A DNA stretch of 64,000 nt from Sphingomonadales bacterium (GCA_016872175.1 VHBA01000005.1:9396-73395); one strand, 5' to 3'. Counted from the first letter of the stretch, positions 19,601-28,962 are shown. Translations and numbers: made by a program. Notes: generated by a model not told the origin, from the sequence alone.

Positions 19601-22005
19601 ATCGCTCTGTAGCCTGGGATGACGGAAAGCACGGTGGCAAACTCGACAAAACCCCTGATACCATCATTACCGCAATCATAAGCAAGTGGGATACTGCTGC
19701 TGATGTGTCTGCGGTATGGGATAGGATTAAGGAGCGTCTGGAAGCCCGCGGATTTGATCCCTTTGCCCTGGATCCTGCTCAGATTACCCGTATGATTTGG
19801 AATAACAAAGGTATTATTGGCCAGCCACTCACCGGTGCCGAGGGTTGTATTGATACCAATGGTTTTGGTCGCTTCATCAAATTCTACCTGCGTCCCGATC
19901 CAAAATCAAAAAAGATTATTCATGAGCGTGATACCAACATCCGCCCCTTGGATTCTGCTATTGTAGGCAATAAAAAATATCGTGCCTATACCTTTAAATC
20001 GCCGTGGGCGGGATATCACCTGGCGAGCATCAGTATGACATCTGCCAATGGCAAGTGTGATGAATTTGCTGCATACCCGGTAATTGTAGGCTTTGCGGCC
20101 ATGATTGAGCTTCCGGATTCGACCATCTGTCAGGATCAGGCAACCAACCTGCAGGCCCGATTGGATTTGCGTTACTTCCACCCCGATCCCTTAAACTTTG
20201 GCACATGGGATACATATGATTACTGGAGAGATGCGCAACGACAGGCGGACATATTTGCCGGAGTTAAAAACCGTGAACCATTTACACGCTGGGACTGGAA
20301 CAAAAGAGACGATGACCCCAATAATCTTACCACCATGTTTGGCGGTGCTCCATATGGTGCTACCGGTGTGGGTTCTCCATGGTTTCAGCTTGGCGGTGGC
20401 CCCAACGATCCTAAGACACTCTATTATAAAAATGACTCCGGTGTGTATACTTTCCGTGTAGCCGTGGGTGACTCTACCGGTTGTCGCGATACAATAAGCC
20501 GCAGATTGTTCATCAGTAGACTTGATGTAAAATTTGGCCTGAATCTCTCAGTTCCTTCTTGTAACTCCATCATAGAGTTGTATGACAGCACCAAACTGTT
20601 TGATCCGTGTAACTGGGCCATAAGAAACTGTAACGGACCTGCTCCCATCGAGTGTGACTTTATTCGTGAATATTTCATAGACTGGGGTGACAGCAAAACA
20701 AACTATTTCTCGCGTGGTAAATCATCCGATGAATTGTTGCCTCCGAATATTGCGCATAAATACACCCGCAACGGCTGGTTCCAGATTACCATCTTTGCCA
20801 AAACCGACCAGGGTTGTGCGGATACTATCAAGCGTTGGATAAAAATCCCCGGACCACGTCCTAAATTTGAATATGCTGATTATGCAGGCTTTGATATCAC
20901 CATCTGTGAAGGCGAATCGGTAAGGTTCAAGAACCTCACGGACTCAGCAACCAATGGAGCTGACTGGACATGGTTCTATGGTGATGGTGCTATTACCAAT
21001 AAAAAAGATACATTTGTAACACACACATACACCAAGCCCGGTAAGTACTTTGTGTTCCTGGAGCAGTATGACACCCTGTTCATCCCACCCAATCTGAAAC
21101 GTTTCTGTCCCGCCACCTATCCTGATACTGCGGGTGGACAGCGTGCCTTTACCGTAACCGTAATCAAACGTGATACAGTTCGAGGCTTCATCGTGAAACC
21201 TTCTATCTGCCCCGGTGATTCCAACGAATTCGTGGACAACTCAGATACGCTCTTCAAATCCTACAAGTGGAGATTTGAAAATCTTAGCACGGGTAAAGTA
21301 GATACCGTTACTGTAACCACTAAAAATTACAAACGCGTATTCACAGTTCCGGGACTTTACAGAGTGACACACCTGGCTGATTATGGAAATAACCATCCAA
21401 GGCCCTGGTGTCCGACACCACCTGTGATTGATACATTCCTCGTGGACAGTGTTGTTGCCAATTTCGATATTGATTCCAGTGGCAAGCCCGACTTTTTGTT
21501 CACCCGCACGGACATTAACGGAACCGAATGGAGATGGGGCTTCGGACATCAGAATGATATCAAGAATACGCTGCCCAAGAACTTCCTTGAAGATTTGAAG
21601 TCCAATGACAAACAGGTGAAGTGGTCTTATGACAGCAGCGGTAAATACTGGGTATGTCTGATTGCCAAGAATGCTACCGGATGTTCGGATACTATATGTA
21701 AGCAAGTAGTGGTTGATCTGTTCATATACCTTGCCAACGTGTTTACACCCGGAACGGCTGATGGCAAGAACGATACCTATCGTGTGCCTATTCAGGGTCA
21801 GGACCTCTTCGAGTTGAAGATTTTCAACAGATGGGGTGAGCGCGTGTTCCAGACCGAGAATTCCAAAGTGGGATGGAACGGTCGCGTAAACAATGACGGA
21901 CCTGAAGTTCCTGAAGGAACCTACTTCTACCAGCTGACCTACCGATTCAAAGGCAAGCAGCAGAAGTATGTGACCGGTTCGGTAAATCTTATCAGAGCCA
22001 ATTAA
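16660..22005 (+). CDS. giant Cys-rich PKD-repeat surface protein with T9SS type B C-terminal domain
   Basis: The ATG at 16660 gives the signal peptide MKGYTAIFKKIVPVLALLFAGNFAAAQC. There are several PKD-like W(D/Y)FGDG segments. The C-terminus is ANVFTPGTADGKNDTYRV...IFNRWGERVFQ...GWNGRVNNDGPEVPEGTYFYQL. Confidence 0.8.
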   Translation: MKGYTAIFKKIVPVLALLFAGNFAAAQCTIQYSGSLCVGSPLSFIGASTGTTHDWDFNGENTASGQKNLNYAFKTPGVKNIRYITTINGNKCTSNIQLTIKTSPVPKLKLLSQPEQCFRGNLFCFSDSTKNPNGSPIRSAKYVVGDGQFFQNGSVVNPFCYSIKDVRGGCFDLYVEYTDANGCSASDTIVCAAKVREAIGPAFTSNKPIDCDSVTALIRNISRIAQNKVKNITWYWGDGTTGNQWGPNITKKFYKPGIYDIKMIIETIDGCIDSFEIKAAAQVLKGEYQIVADKDSTCISEPEIKFSLTPQPVVGISSFLWNFGDPPSGPQNVNNRSLAPPHSFTGLGPFQIKFTYDIVCGGITRKKVAYDTVIIIGPQSTIEIPFNRIAEYEVFQCPKDVQDTVHFKNFSKFYHNDKNMWNDDSTFKKWAGNNHPGHVFDNNQTWVKPKGFVDPLFRQRVCAVRVWDFGDAYAPRCTTDRMNNKNVNVNCQFSNDSLPTHYYKSWDLVMLSDFKNAPMEDAIFIESTKLCKRINVWPSDTNWIIEDTLLVIPKSKADSLLANQSKYAVNKTKTYLWEKGIRGPAERYITDNVDVQLKTGDTAYVGPQGGPYTRHIGPKTLNLAPRQVIKLTSKTDSFRFLFTVFLKKDTLPAPLLRIRTKKGENPRIIGFIKRTFPGTAGLDYKVDYKRWRDLYYANIPSCNNVRLWHGDTCHPLKCTSESIKQLSMLHANAGGVGSGLVKDAIECLGGKNPQYGITFLLSDLKPGCTFSYVGINYDTFCKPTTWTTLTSGLIPGNRPPGMPYMGYQIASNPPSRYSKQYSASEVCNPNGCITVGIIVGNGVKKGGTVGDPPLCSDTQYYDKFACFPIIDPTFEMITPTPNPNGIRKICKYDPVVVRPIIANKTKNDDLKTLRWEFATGNASPAYSKQWGYQIQEDYYRGVYLKDSGTKKIYNYMVQSRYEVRPEPVPCSTDWQDDSRSDRSVAWDDGKHGGKLDKTPDTIITAIISKWDTAADVSAVWDRIKERLEARGFDPFALDPAQITRMIWNNKGIIGQPLTGAEGCIDTNGFGRFIKFYLRPDPKSKKIIHERDTNIRPLDSAIVGNKKYRAYTFKSPWAGYHLASISMTSANGKCDEFAAYPVIVGFAAMIELPDSTICQDQATNLQARLDLRYFHPDPLNFGTWDTYDYWRDAQRQADIFAGVKNREPFTRWDWNKRDDDPNNLTTMFGGAPYGATGVGSPWFQLGGGPNDPKTLYYKNDSGVYTFRVAVGDSTGCRDTISRRLFISRLDVKFGLNLSVPSCNSIIELYDSTKLFDPCNWAIRNCNGPAPIECDFIREYFIDWGDSKTNYFSRGKSSDELLPPNIAHKYTRNGWFQITIFAKTDQGCADTIKRWIKIPGPRPKFEYADYAGFDITICEGESVRFKNLTDSATNGADWTWFYGDGAITNKKDTFVTHTYTKPGKYFVFLEQYDTLFIPPNLKRFCPATYPDTAGGQRAFTVTVIKRDTVRGFIVKPSICPGDSNEFVDNSDTLFKSYKWRFENLSTGKVDTVTVTTKNYKRVFTVPGLYRVTHLADYGNNHPRPWCPTPPVIDTFLVDSVVANFDIDSSGKPDFLFTRTDINGTEWRWGFGHQNDIKNTLPKNFLEDLKSNDKQVKWSYDSSGKYWVCLIAKNATGCSDTICKQVVVDLFIYLANVFTPGTADGKNDTYRVPIQGQDLFELKIFNRWGERVFQTENSKVGWNGRVNNDGPEVPEGTYFYQLTYRFKGKQQKYVTGSVNLIRAN

Positions 22006-22023
22006 TCAATCAAGTATCAATTG

Positions 22024-22056
22024 AAAGCCCCGGCCATTGGCCGGGGCTTTTTGTTT
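22024..22056 (+). terminator. strong intrinsic terminator
   Basis: GCCCCGGCC (22027-22035) pairs with GGCCGGGGC (22039-22047) across a 3-nt loop. Flanking A/T pairs extend the stem, and a T5 run follows. Confidence 0.9.
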
Positions 22057-22057
22057 G

Positions 22058-22065
22058 TACCTTTG
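22058..22065 (+). promoter_or_regulatory. candidate -7 box TACCTTTG, 5 nt before the mnmE start
   Basis: This is a perfect TAnnTTTG match. The TTG start at 22071 follows after CATAG. Confidence 0.4.
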
Positions 22066-22070
22066 CATAG

Positions 22071-23453
22071 TTGAAAAACAGGCATGATATCATCGTTGCA
22101 AGGGCAACACCTGCCGGTGTTGGCGCCGTGGCTATGGTGCGTGTGAGTGGCAAGGGAGTTTTTGGGCTGGTTGATTGCTTGCTGAAAAAGCCTGTTTCTA
22201 ACGCAGAGAGCCATACTGCCTATTTCAGGGCATTGTGGGATGAGGAAGGACTTGTGGATGAAGCCTTGCTTACGGTTTTTAAGGCACCGCATGGCTATAC
22301 GGGAGATGATACGGTAGAAATCAGTACGCATGGTTCTCCGTATATCGTTGACAGGCTCATACAGGCCTTGTGCAGGCAGGGTGCCAGACCCGCAGATGCA
22401 GGGGAGTTTACCCTCCGCGCATTTCTAAATGGGAAGCTGGATTTAGCGCAGGCAGAAGCCGTTGCCGATTTGATATCGTCGGAGTCTGCGGCATCACACA
22501 AAGCGGCGCTGGGACAGTTGCGCGGTGGGATTTCATCTGAAATTTCGTTGTTGCGCACGCGGCTTATTGATTTTGCTGCGCTCATAGAATTGGAGCTGGA
22601 TTTCAGTGAGGAAGACGTGGAATTTGCCAAAAGGGATGAACTGATAGCCTCAGTGACAGAAACACTGGATAAAGTAAGCACATTGCTTCAAACCTTTGCC
22701 CACGGCAACGCGGTGAAGGAAGGGGTGCAGGTGGTATTTGCCGGTAGGCCCAATGCTGGCAAAAGCACTCTGTTTAATCTGTTGTTGCAGGAAGAAAGGG
22801 CCATAGTGTCTGATATAGCCGGCACTACCCGCGATGCGCTGGAAGATGTGCTGATGATAGAAGGTATGCGCTACCGGCTGATTGATACGGCGGGCATCCG
22901 CGAAGCCACGGACACCATAGAAAAGCTGGGTATAGAGCGCACCTATAAGTATATGCAGGGCAGCGCTGTGGTGCTCTATGTGGCGGATGTGTCGGGCACC
23001 AAACAGCAGGAACTTACCGCTGATTTGCGGGCATTGTCTGATATGGCAACCCAGGTATGGGTGTTGGGCAACAAAACCGATTTGGTTGAGAGTTTTGATG
23101 AAACGGCCTGGTCGGAGGCTGCAAAGGCCGGCGGTGCGGGCGGATTTATGGGAATATCCGGTAAAAATGCAGGTGACAGGCAGCGGTTGCGCGATTATTT
23201 GCACAGCCATACCGCATTTAAAGCCGTTTTAGGCGACCAAACCCTCATAACCAACCAACGACACTTCCACGCCTTTTTAAAGGCGGAAAATGCCCTTCAG
23301 CGCGTTTTGGAGGCTATAGAAACCGGCATATCCAAAGAGATGCTTGCCTTTGATTTGCGCGAGGCCCTGGCCGCGCTGGGAGAGGTTACAGGTGAGATTA
23401 CCACGGAAGACCTGTTGGGCTCAATTTTTGGAAAATTCTGTATCGGTAAGTAA
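22071..23453 (+). CDS. mnmE: tRNA modification GTPase MnmE
   Basis: It has DIIVARATPAGVGAVAMVRVSG, the G1 motif GRPNAGKST, the G3 motif DTAGIR, and the C-terminal FCIGK motif. The only in-frame start before the conserved N-terminus is TTG. Confidence 0.92.
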   Translation: MKNRHDIIVARATPAGVGAVAMVRVSGKGVFGLVDCLLKKPVSNAESHTAYFRALWDEEGLVDEALLTVFKAPHGYTGDDTVEISTHGSPYIVDRLIQALCRQGARPADAGEFTLRAFLNGKLDLAQAEAVADLISSESAASHKAALGQLRGGISSEISLLRTRLIDFAALIELELDFSEEDVEFAKRDELIASVTETLDKVSTLLQTFAHGNAVKEGVQVVFAGRPNAGKSTLFNLLLQEERAIVSDIAGTTRDALEDVLMIEGMRYRLIDTAGIREATDTIEKLGIERTYKYMQGSAVVLYVADVSGTKQQELTADLRALSDMATQVWVLGNKTDLVESFDETAWSEAAKAGGAGGFMGISGKNAGDRQRLRDYLHSHTAFKAVLGDQTLITNQRHFHAFLKAENALQRVLEAIETGISKEMLAFDLREALAALGEVTGEITTEDLLGSIFGKFCIGK

Positions 23454-23588
23454 TTGCATAAACTAGCAATTTTAAAATGGTTTAAAAGGATTTCAATGTA
23501 TGTGTGCTTTCCACTGATTTGATTGTTATTAAGATTTCGTATTAACGCTCCTGATTTTTAGGAATTTTATTTCCCCATCTTTGCAAGG

Positions 23589-24677
23589 ATGATTCAAAGC
23601 AGGTTTGATTCACTAACGGGTTTTCGTGCGCTGGCTGCGAGTATGGTTTTTATATACCATAATCGTAAGTACTGGAGAGGACAACTGCATCCGGAAGTAT
23701 TGAGGTTGTTCAATGAGTTTCATGTTGGCGTAGCCTTGTTTTTTGTACTAAGTGGCTTCTTGCTGGCCTACGGTTATGGAGATAAGCCTGCACACTCATT
23801 GACTGAATATAAACGATATATCATTGGAAGAATGGCAAGAATCTTCCCGCTTTACTGGCTGGTTCTAACATTGTATTATTTGGATCCCCTTTTCGGAAAA
23901 ATGGATTTCTCTGTTCTAACCTACACGCTTACGCACGGATTTTCGAACAAATTAAATTTAGATGGTATATCGCAGGCGTGGAGTTTAAGCGTGGAATTTA
24001 CCTTTTATATCCTTCTTCCTTTTTTATGCCTGATGGAAAGAAAAAAAATTCTGTATCTGGTTCTTTTTCTTGTGTCAATTACCCTATTAACATGGTTGGG
24101 CGGATACCTATGGCTTTGGCTGAATGGGAATCCCAGGCAGTTTTTCTATCCGTTGAAATTTGTGCTTGGCAGTACGTTTTTCGGAAGGTGGACTGAGTTT
24201 TTTGCCGGTATCATTCTGGCGAGGTTGCTTAAGCAAAGCCAGGATAAATATGCCTGGTTCTGGCAGTGGAAATACAAAACATATACCGGTATTATCGGGG
24301 TGTTTGTGTTGTGCTATGTGGTTGGCTTATTTCAGCCCGATGTATTTCATCACGGAACAGACCATCCTGTGGGGTATCTCATTTTTGCATTGATAATACC
24401 GCTATTTGTTATTCTTTGGCTTGCGGGATTGATTTCAGAACCTACCATGGTTCAAAGGTTTTTCAGCAGCAAAATTCTGATATTATTGGGCAAGGCATCA
24501 TTTGCCTTTTATTTGATTCATATCAGCTATGTCAATATCCGGCTGAAATGGATCTGGCTGGGCCCTGACAGAAATTTCGTGCTTTTGTGGTTGATATCCA
24601 TCCTGCTATATGTATTATTTGAAAATCCAATCAATTCTTTTATCAAAAATAAGTTTCTCAAAAACCCGGTTAAATAA
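23589..24677 (+). CDS. acyltransferase family 3 membrane protein (O-acyltransferase)
   Basis: The N-terminal RFDSLTGFRALAASMVFIYH is typical of acyltransferase_3. The protein has about 10 hydrophobic segments, and the gene is AT-richer than its neighbours. Confidence 0.8.
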   Translation: MIQSRFDSLTGFRALAASMVFIYHNRKYWRGQLHPEVLRLFNEFHVGVALFFVLSGFLLAYGYGDKPAHSLTEYKRYIIGRMARIFPLYWLVLTLYYLDPLFGKMDFSVLTYTLTHGFSNKLNLDGISQAWSLSVEFTFYILLPFLCLMERKKILYLVLFLVSITLLTWLGGYLWLWLNGNPRQFFYPLKFVLGSTFFGRWTEFFAGIILARLLKQSQDKYAWFWQWKYKTYTGIIGVFVLCYVVGLFQPDVFHHGTDHPVGYLIFALIIPLFVILWLAGLISEPTMVQRFFSSKILILLGKASFAFYLIHISYVNIRLKWIWLGPDRNFVLLWLISILLYVLFENPINSFIKNKFLKNPVK

Positions 24678-24742
24678 AAATCCATAGTTTGACCGGGTTT
24701 AGATCAATTTGAAAAAAGTAGGTAATCACTAAAAGTGTAGCG

Positions 24743-26659
24743 TCAGGCTTGTTTCCCCCTCAAAATCTCCTCCACCACGCCCGGATCCAGCAGGGTGGTG
24801 GTGTCGCCCAGGTTTTGGGTTTCGCCTTCGGCAATTTTGCGCAGTATACGCCGCATGATTTTGCCGCTGCGGGTTTTGGGTAAGCCGCTCACAAATTGTA
24901 TGGCGTCGGGCTTGGCAATGGGACCAATAACCTGCGAAACCGTTTGCAAAATATCCTGCCTCATTTCGGTTTCATTTGCCGGCATGGAGCTGCAAATAAC
25001 GTAGGCATAGATGCCCTGCCCTTTAATGTCGTGGGGGAAACCCACCACGGCGCTCTCCACCACTCCGGCGTGCATGTTGATGGCGTTTTCTACTTCAGCG
25101 GTGCCAATGCGGTGCCCTGAAACACTGAGGACGTCATCTACACGCCCTGTAATGCGGTAATGTCCGTCTTCATCGCGCAGGCAGCCATCACCGGTAAAAT
25201 ACAAACCGGGGTAGGTGGAGAAATACGTTTGCCGGCAGCGTTCGTGGTCTCCCCAGGTGCTGCGGATAATGCCCGGCCAGGGTTTTTGGATGCACAGGTT
25301 GCCAGAAACGCCGTTGCCGGCTATTTCTTTGCCATTTTCATCCACCAGCACCGGAAATACGCCCGGCAGGGGCAGGGTGGCGAAAGTGGGTTTTGCGGGC
25401 GTTACACCGGCCAGGTTGCTGATCATGATGCCCCCGGTTTCGGTTTGCCACCAGGTATCGGCGATGGGCGCGTTGCCTTTTCCCACTTCGCGGTCATACC
25501 AGTGCCAGGCCTCAGCATTGATGGGTTCGCCCACGGTGCCCAGCACTTTTAGGGAACTTAGGTCTTTGTTTTGCAGCGGTGCTGTCCCAAAGGTCATGAG
25601 GCTGCGAATGGCGGTAGGCGCAGTATAGAGAATATCCACGTTGTGCTTTTGCACAATATCCCAGAATCGCCCTGCATCGGGCCATGTGGGAATGCCCTCA
25701 AACATCAGCGTGGTGGCGCCGGCGCTCAATGGGCCATATAGGATGTAGCTGTGGCCGGTAATCCATCCGATATCGGCGGTGCAGAAATGGATTTGTCCGG
25801 GTTGGTACTGAAATACGTTTATAAACGTATAGTGTGCCCAAAGCATGTAACCCGCGGTGGTGTGCACCACGCCCTTGGGTTTGCCGGTAGAACCTGATGT
25901 GTAAAGTATAAAAAGCGGATCTTCAGCATCCATGCTTTCTGCGTGGCAGTGGGTGTTGCCGGTTGCGCGCATGGCTTCGGTTTCTGAATGCCAGTCGTAA
26001 TCGCGGCCGTTGTGCATGCTCACGGGCTCGTGGGTGCGGCGCAGTACCCACACGGATTGCACGGTGGGGCAATGCTGCAACGCATCATCCACCACCGATT
26101 TCAGTGGAATGGTTTTGGCACCGCGAAATGCACCGTCGCAGGTGATGATGGCTTTGGCACCGGCATCCTGCACACGGTCGGCAATGCTGCTTGCGCTAAA
26201 GCCGCCAAAAATTACGGAGTGTATGGCCCCGATGCGGGCGCAGGCCAGCACGGCAATGGCCAGTTCGGGCACCATGCCCATGTAGATGCAAACCCGGTCG
26301 CCTTTGCAGATGCCGCGGTGTTTCAGGGCGTTGGCAAACAGCATCACTTCATCCAGCAACTGACGGTATGTGAGGGTACGTGTGCTTTCTGCTGGATTGT
26401 TGGGTTCCCACAAAATGGCGGTGGTATCGGGTTGGCTGGCTGCGTAGCGGTCCAGGCAGTTTTCGGTGATATTGAGTTTACCGCCCTCAAACCAACTGTG
26501 GGTGGCGGTGTGAAAATCGGAGCGCACCACGGAGTGCCAGGGCTTGTGCCAGGTAAAATGCGAGGCAATACCGGCCCAGAATGCTTCAGGGTCTTTCTGA
26601 CTTTGGCGGTAGGCATCATGGTAGGCATCGGGGGTTTTTAGCTGATAGGGAAAAGCCAT
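24743..26659 (-). CDS. acs: acetate--CoA ligase (acetyl-CoA synthetase)
   Basis: The start at the ATG at 26659 gives MAFPYQLKTPDAYH. It has YTSGSTGKPKG, WWQTETGG and LPKTRSGKIMRRILRKI. Confidence 0.95.
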   Translation of the reverse strand: MAFPYQLKTPDAYHDAYRQSQKDPEAFWAGIASHFTWHKPWHSVVRSDFHTATHSWFEGGKLNITENCLDRYAASQPDTTAILWEPNNPAESTRTLTYRQLLDEVMLFANALKHRGICKGDRVCIYMGMVPELAIAVLACARIGAIHSVIFGGFSASSIADRVQDAGAKAIITCDGAFRGAKTIPLKSVVDDALQHCPTVQSVWVLRRTHEPVSMHNGRDYDWHSETEAMRATGNTHCHAESMDAEDPLFILYTSGSTGKPKGVVHTTAGYMLWAHYTFINVFQYQPGQIHFCTADIGWITGHSYILYGPLSAGATTLMFEGIPTWPDAGRFWDIVQKHNVDILYTAPTAIRSLMTFGTAPLQNKDLSSLKVLGTVGEPINAEAWHWYDREVGKGNAPIADTWWQTETGGIMISNLAGVTPAKPTFATLPLPGVFPVLVDENGKEIAGNGVSGNLCIQKPWPGIIRSTWGDHERCRQTYFSTYPGLYFTGDGCLRDEDGHYRITGRVDDVLSVSGHRIGTAEVENAINMHAGVVESAVVGFPHDIKGQGIYAYVICSSMPANETEMRQDILQTVSQVIGPIAKPDAIQFVSGLPKTRSGKIMRRILRKIAEGETQNLGDTTTLLDPGVVEEILRGKQA

Positions 26660-26772
26660 GGGTAATGCGAAATTACGGGAATTTTGGGGATGGTTGGGTA
26701 GCGGTATATTTATCAACAAACGAGGAAAGAAGGGGAAATGAAATTTACAATCGCCTACGCTAACTTCGCCCT

Positions 26773-27390
26773 GTGCGAATTATCGCCGTAATATTAGGTT
26801 TTAGCGCTGTGTCCCTGCAGGCACAGGACAGTACCCGTGTTCGCTGGAATCCGGTGGATACAGTACGAACTTACCTGATGCGAACACCGGGTCTGAGGTT
26901 GGGTTTTGACAGCCGCAAATCCATTATGGGCGGTGTGCCGGTAGATGTGAACGGGCTTCGCTATGGCCTGGATTTTGGTAAGGTATCGGTGTGGACGGGG
27001 TATTACAACAGCCAATTGCTGCAATCGTTAGATAAAGATACATTGAATCAGGGTTTTGCGTATACCAGTTCTACATTTGAATATTATGTGCACCAAAGCT
27101 GGCGGTTTGAAGTGGTAACATCCTTTCAGGCCGGAATTGGCAATGGCTGGGAGTATCGTAAAAGCGGAGCAGATATAAAGAAATCCAACATCGGCTGGAT
27201 TGTGCCACTGGAAGCCGGCATAGGCGGCACGGTGCGCTTTCTGCGGTATTTTGGCTTTTATGCCGGTGTGGGTGTAAGGGTGTCGGCGATGGAAACTACG
27301 AATTTTACCGGTCCATATTGGTCATATGGGCTCACCTACTTTACGGGCACCATGTACCGCGATGCCAAAAAGTGGATGAAGAAAAAGTAA
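26773..27390 (+). CDS. hypothetical small outer-membrane beta-barrel protein
   Basis: The GTG start gives the signal peptide MRIIAVILGFSAVSLQAQ. The sequence is rich in alternating aromatic and Gly beta-strand patterns. I recognised no family. Confidence 0.5.
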   Translation: MRIIAVILGFSAVSLQAQDSTRVRWNPVDTVRTYLMRTPGLRLGFDSRKSIMGGVPVDVNGLRYGLDFGKVSVWTGYYNSQLLQSLDKDTLNQGFAYTSSTFEYYVHQSWRFEVVTSFQAGIGNGWEYRKSGADIKKSNIGWIVPLEAGIGGTVRFLRYFGFYAGVGVRVSAMETTNFTGPYWSYGLTYFTGTMYRDAKKWMKKK

Positions 27391-27396
27391 CCTGAA

Positions 27397-28962
27397 TTAT
27401 TTTTTCGGTACGGCTTTTTCCGCCTCTACCTTCTCAAAATGGCCGATGAAGTCTTCTATCTTTTCACTATCGATGCGATTGGCAAGAATTTTTTTGTCTT
27501 TGTCCAGCACAAAAATGGTAGGATTGGCCACAATATAAAAGGACTGCATGTTATGCGCCATTTCTTCCGATCGCACGATGCCACGTCGGAGGTGAATGAA
27601 TTCCTTTACTTCCGGATGTTCAGCGATGTACTGCAGCCATTCAGTTTTTTTATCGCTGCTGGCCAGGGCAATCACTTTCCAACCCTTTTTCTTATTGTTT
27701 TCATAGACCTTGGCCAGTTTTGGCATCACTTCCTTACAGTGGCCACAGGTTGGGTCCCAAAATATCATAAGGGTGTATGGAGCATTCACGGAAGCGGTAT
27801 TGATCCAAGTGCTGTCGGGAGTAAGCAATTCAAGCGGAGGGGCAATTCTGCCTACGAGGGTTGAGGATTTGCGCACAGCCGCTTCACACATTTTGTCTAC
27901 TGTGGTGCTGTCTGTCCACCAGGCCTTGCCGTTGCAGTAATTGTTTACCGCCAGGTTCACAAAAACAGCATCCTGGCCCATGATTTTACTGGTTTCGTAT
28001 TTGTAGGTGAGGTGGTAAATCACAAAGTGCTCCATGTCTATGGTGTTTTTCACTTTGTCCAGAATCATGTTGCATTCCTTGATGCAGCTGTCGGGGTCGG
28101 GACTTACCAGTTTATCAAAATAAAAATTCAGTTTTTGTTTGATAAAGTTTACTGGCATGCGCACCAGGCCGTCTTCTCCCAAATCTACATGATCCCAGTA
28201 GTGCGCCTTGTAGTAATTGTAGGGGAAGGAACTGTCTTTGGTGCCATCGGGTTTGGTGGGCAGTTCTTCCGGTACGTCCACGTCCATCATGGCATAGAGA
28301 AAGCGTGAAAGCAAGTGGTCCGGATGTGCTGCAATGAAGTCTTTGTCGTAATTTTCCTTTTTCTCATACAGTGTCTTCTGGCTTGTCTCCATTGCCTTTT
28401 TAGCCGTTTCGTTGGTTTCTTTTTTGATACTTTCATCCAGTTTGGCAATTTCAATTCCCAGATCCACTCGGCCGTTTTGGTAGGCAGCAAAAGCTGCGTT
28501 CTGGTCTGAACCTTCCACTTTCATGGTTTTGTAGTATTCGCGTTTCCAGTATTGTGTGTCGGTACCGATGGTGAAATCTTGGTCGTCATCCACAATAAAC
28601 TCGAAGAAGTCGGCTTTTTTGGGCATTACAAACAGGTACATGCCGCGCTGCAGTTTTTTGTCGCCGGTGAAATTGATAAGGCCTTTCTTGTCTACGACTG
28701 CGGTGTCGCGCAGGTATTTATTGTCGAGGTAATAATCGGCGATGTAGGCGGTGTCACCGGGTTTCAGTCCGCGTATTTTGAAACGTAGGCTATATGTTCC
28801 GGGTTCCCTACCATCCCAGTTTTTGGCATTGGTGAGTTTTGGGTAAACCCCTATGTTGTTGATTTTTACCGGTGCAGTGCGCTGATAGGGCATTATTTGT
28901 GCTAAAAGACTGGTGCTGCCTGCAAGCAGGGAAATAAGGGTTAAGGTTCTTAGCATTGACAT
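27397..28962 (-). CDS. TlpA/thioredoxin-fold thiol-disulfide oxidoreductase family protein with long N-terminal domain
   Basis: It has the signal peptide MSMLRTLTLISLLAGSTSLLAQ. The C-terminal thioredoxin fold carries the CxxC motif in WDPTCGHCKE. Confidence 0.75.
   Translation of the reverse strand: MSMLRTLTLISLLAGSTSLLAQIMPYQRTAPVKINNIGVYPKLTNAKNWDGREPGTYSLRFKIRGLKPGDTAYIADYYLDNKYLRDTAVVDKKGLINFTGDKKLQRGMYLFVMPKKADFFEFIVDDDQDFTIGTDTQYWKREYYKTMKVEGSDQNAAFAAYQNGRVDLGIEIAKLDESIKKETNETAKKAMETSQKTLYEKKENYDKDFIAAHPDHLLSRFLYAMMDVDVPEELPTKPDGTKDSSFPYNYYKAHYWDHVDLGEDGLVRMPVNFIKQKLNFYFDKLVSPDPDSCIKECNMILDKVKNTIDMEHFVIYHLTYKYETSKIMGQDAVFVNLAVNNYCNGKAWWTDSTTVDKMCEAAVRKSSTLVGRIAPPLELLTPDSTWINTASVNAPYTLMIFWDPTCGHCKEVMPKLAKVYENNKKKGWKVIALASSDKKTEWLQYIAEHPEVKEFIHLRRGIVRSEEMAHNMQSFYIVANPTIFVLDKDKKILANRIDSEKIEDFIGHFEKVEAEKAVPKK

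Noticed and set aside
24662-24700. Hairpin AAACCCGGT...ACCGGGTTT overlapping the acyltransferase stop codon, considered as a terminator
   Set aside because: It has a 21-nt loop and no T-run on either strand. I could not support calling it a terminator.
25988-26641. Several plus-strand ORFs of 60-217 aa inside the acs gene (24795-26763)
   Set aside because: The opposite strand encodes a full-length acetyl-CoA synthetase. These ORFs are Gly/Ala/Arg-rich shadows produced by GC-rich codon third positions.
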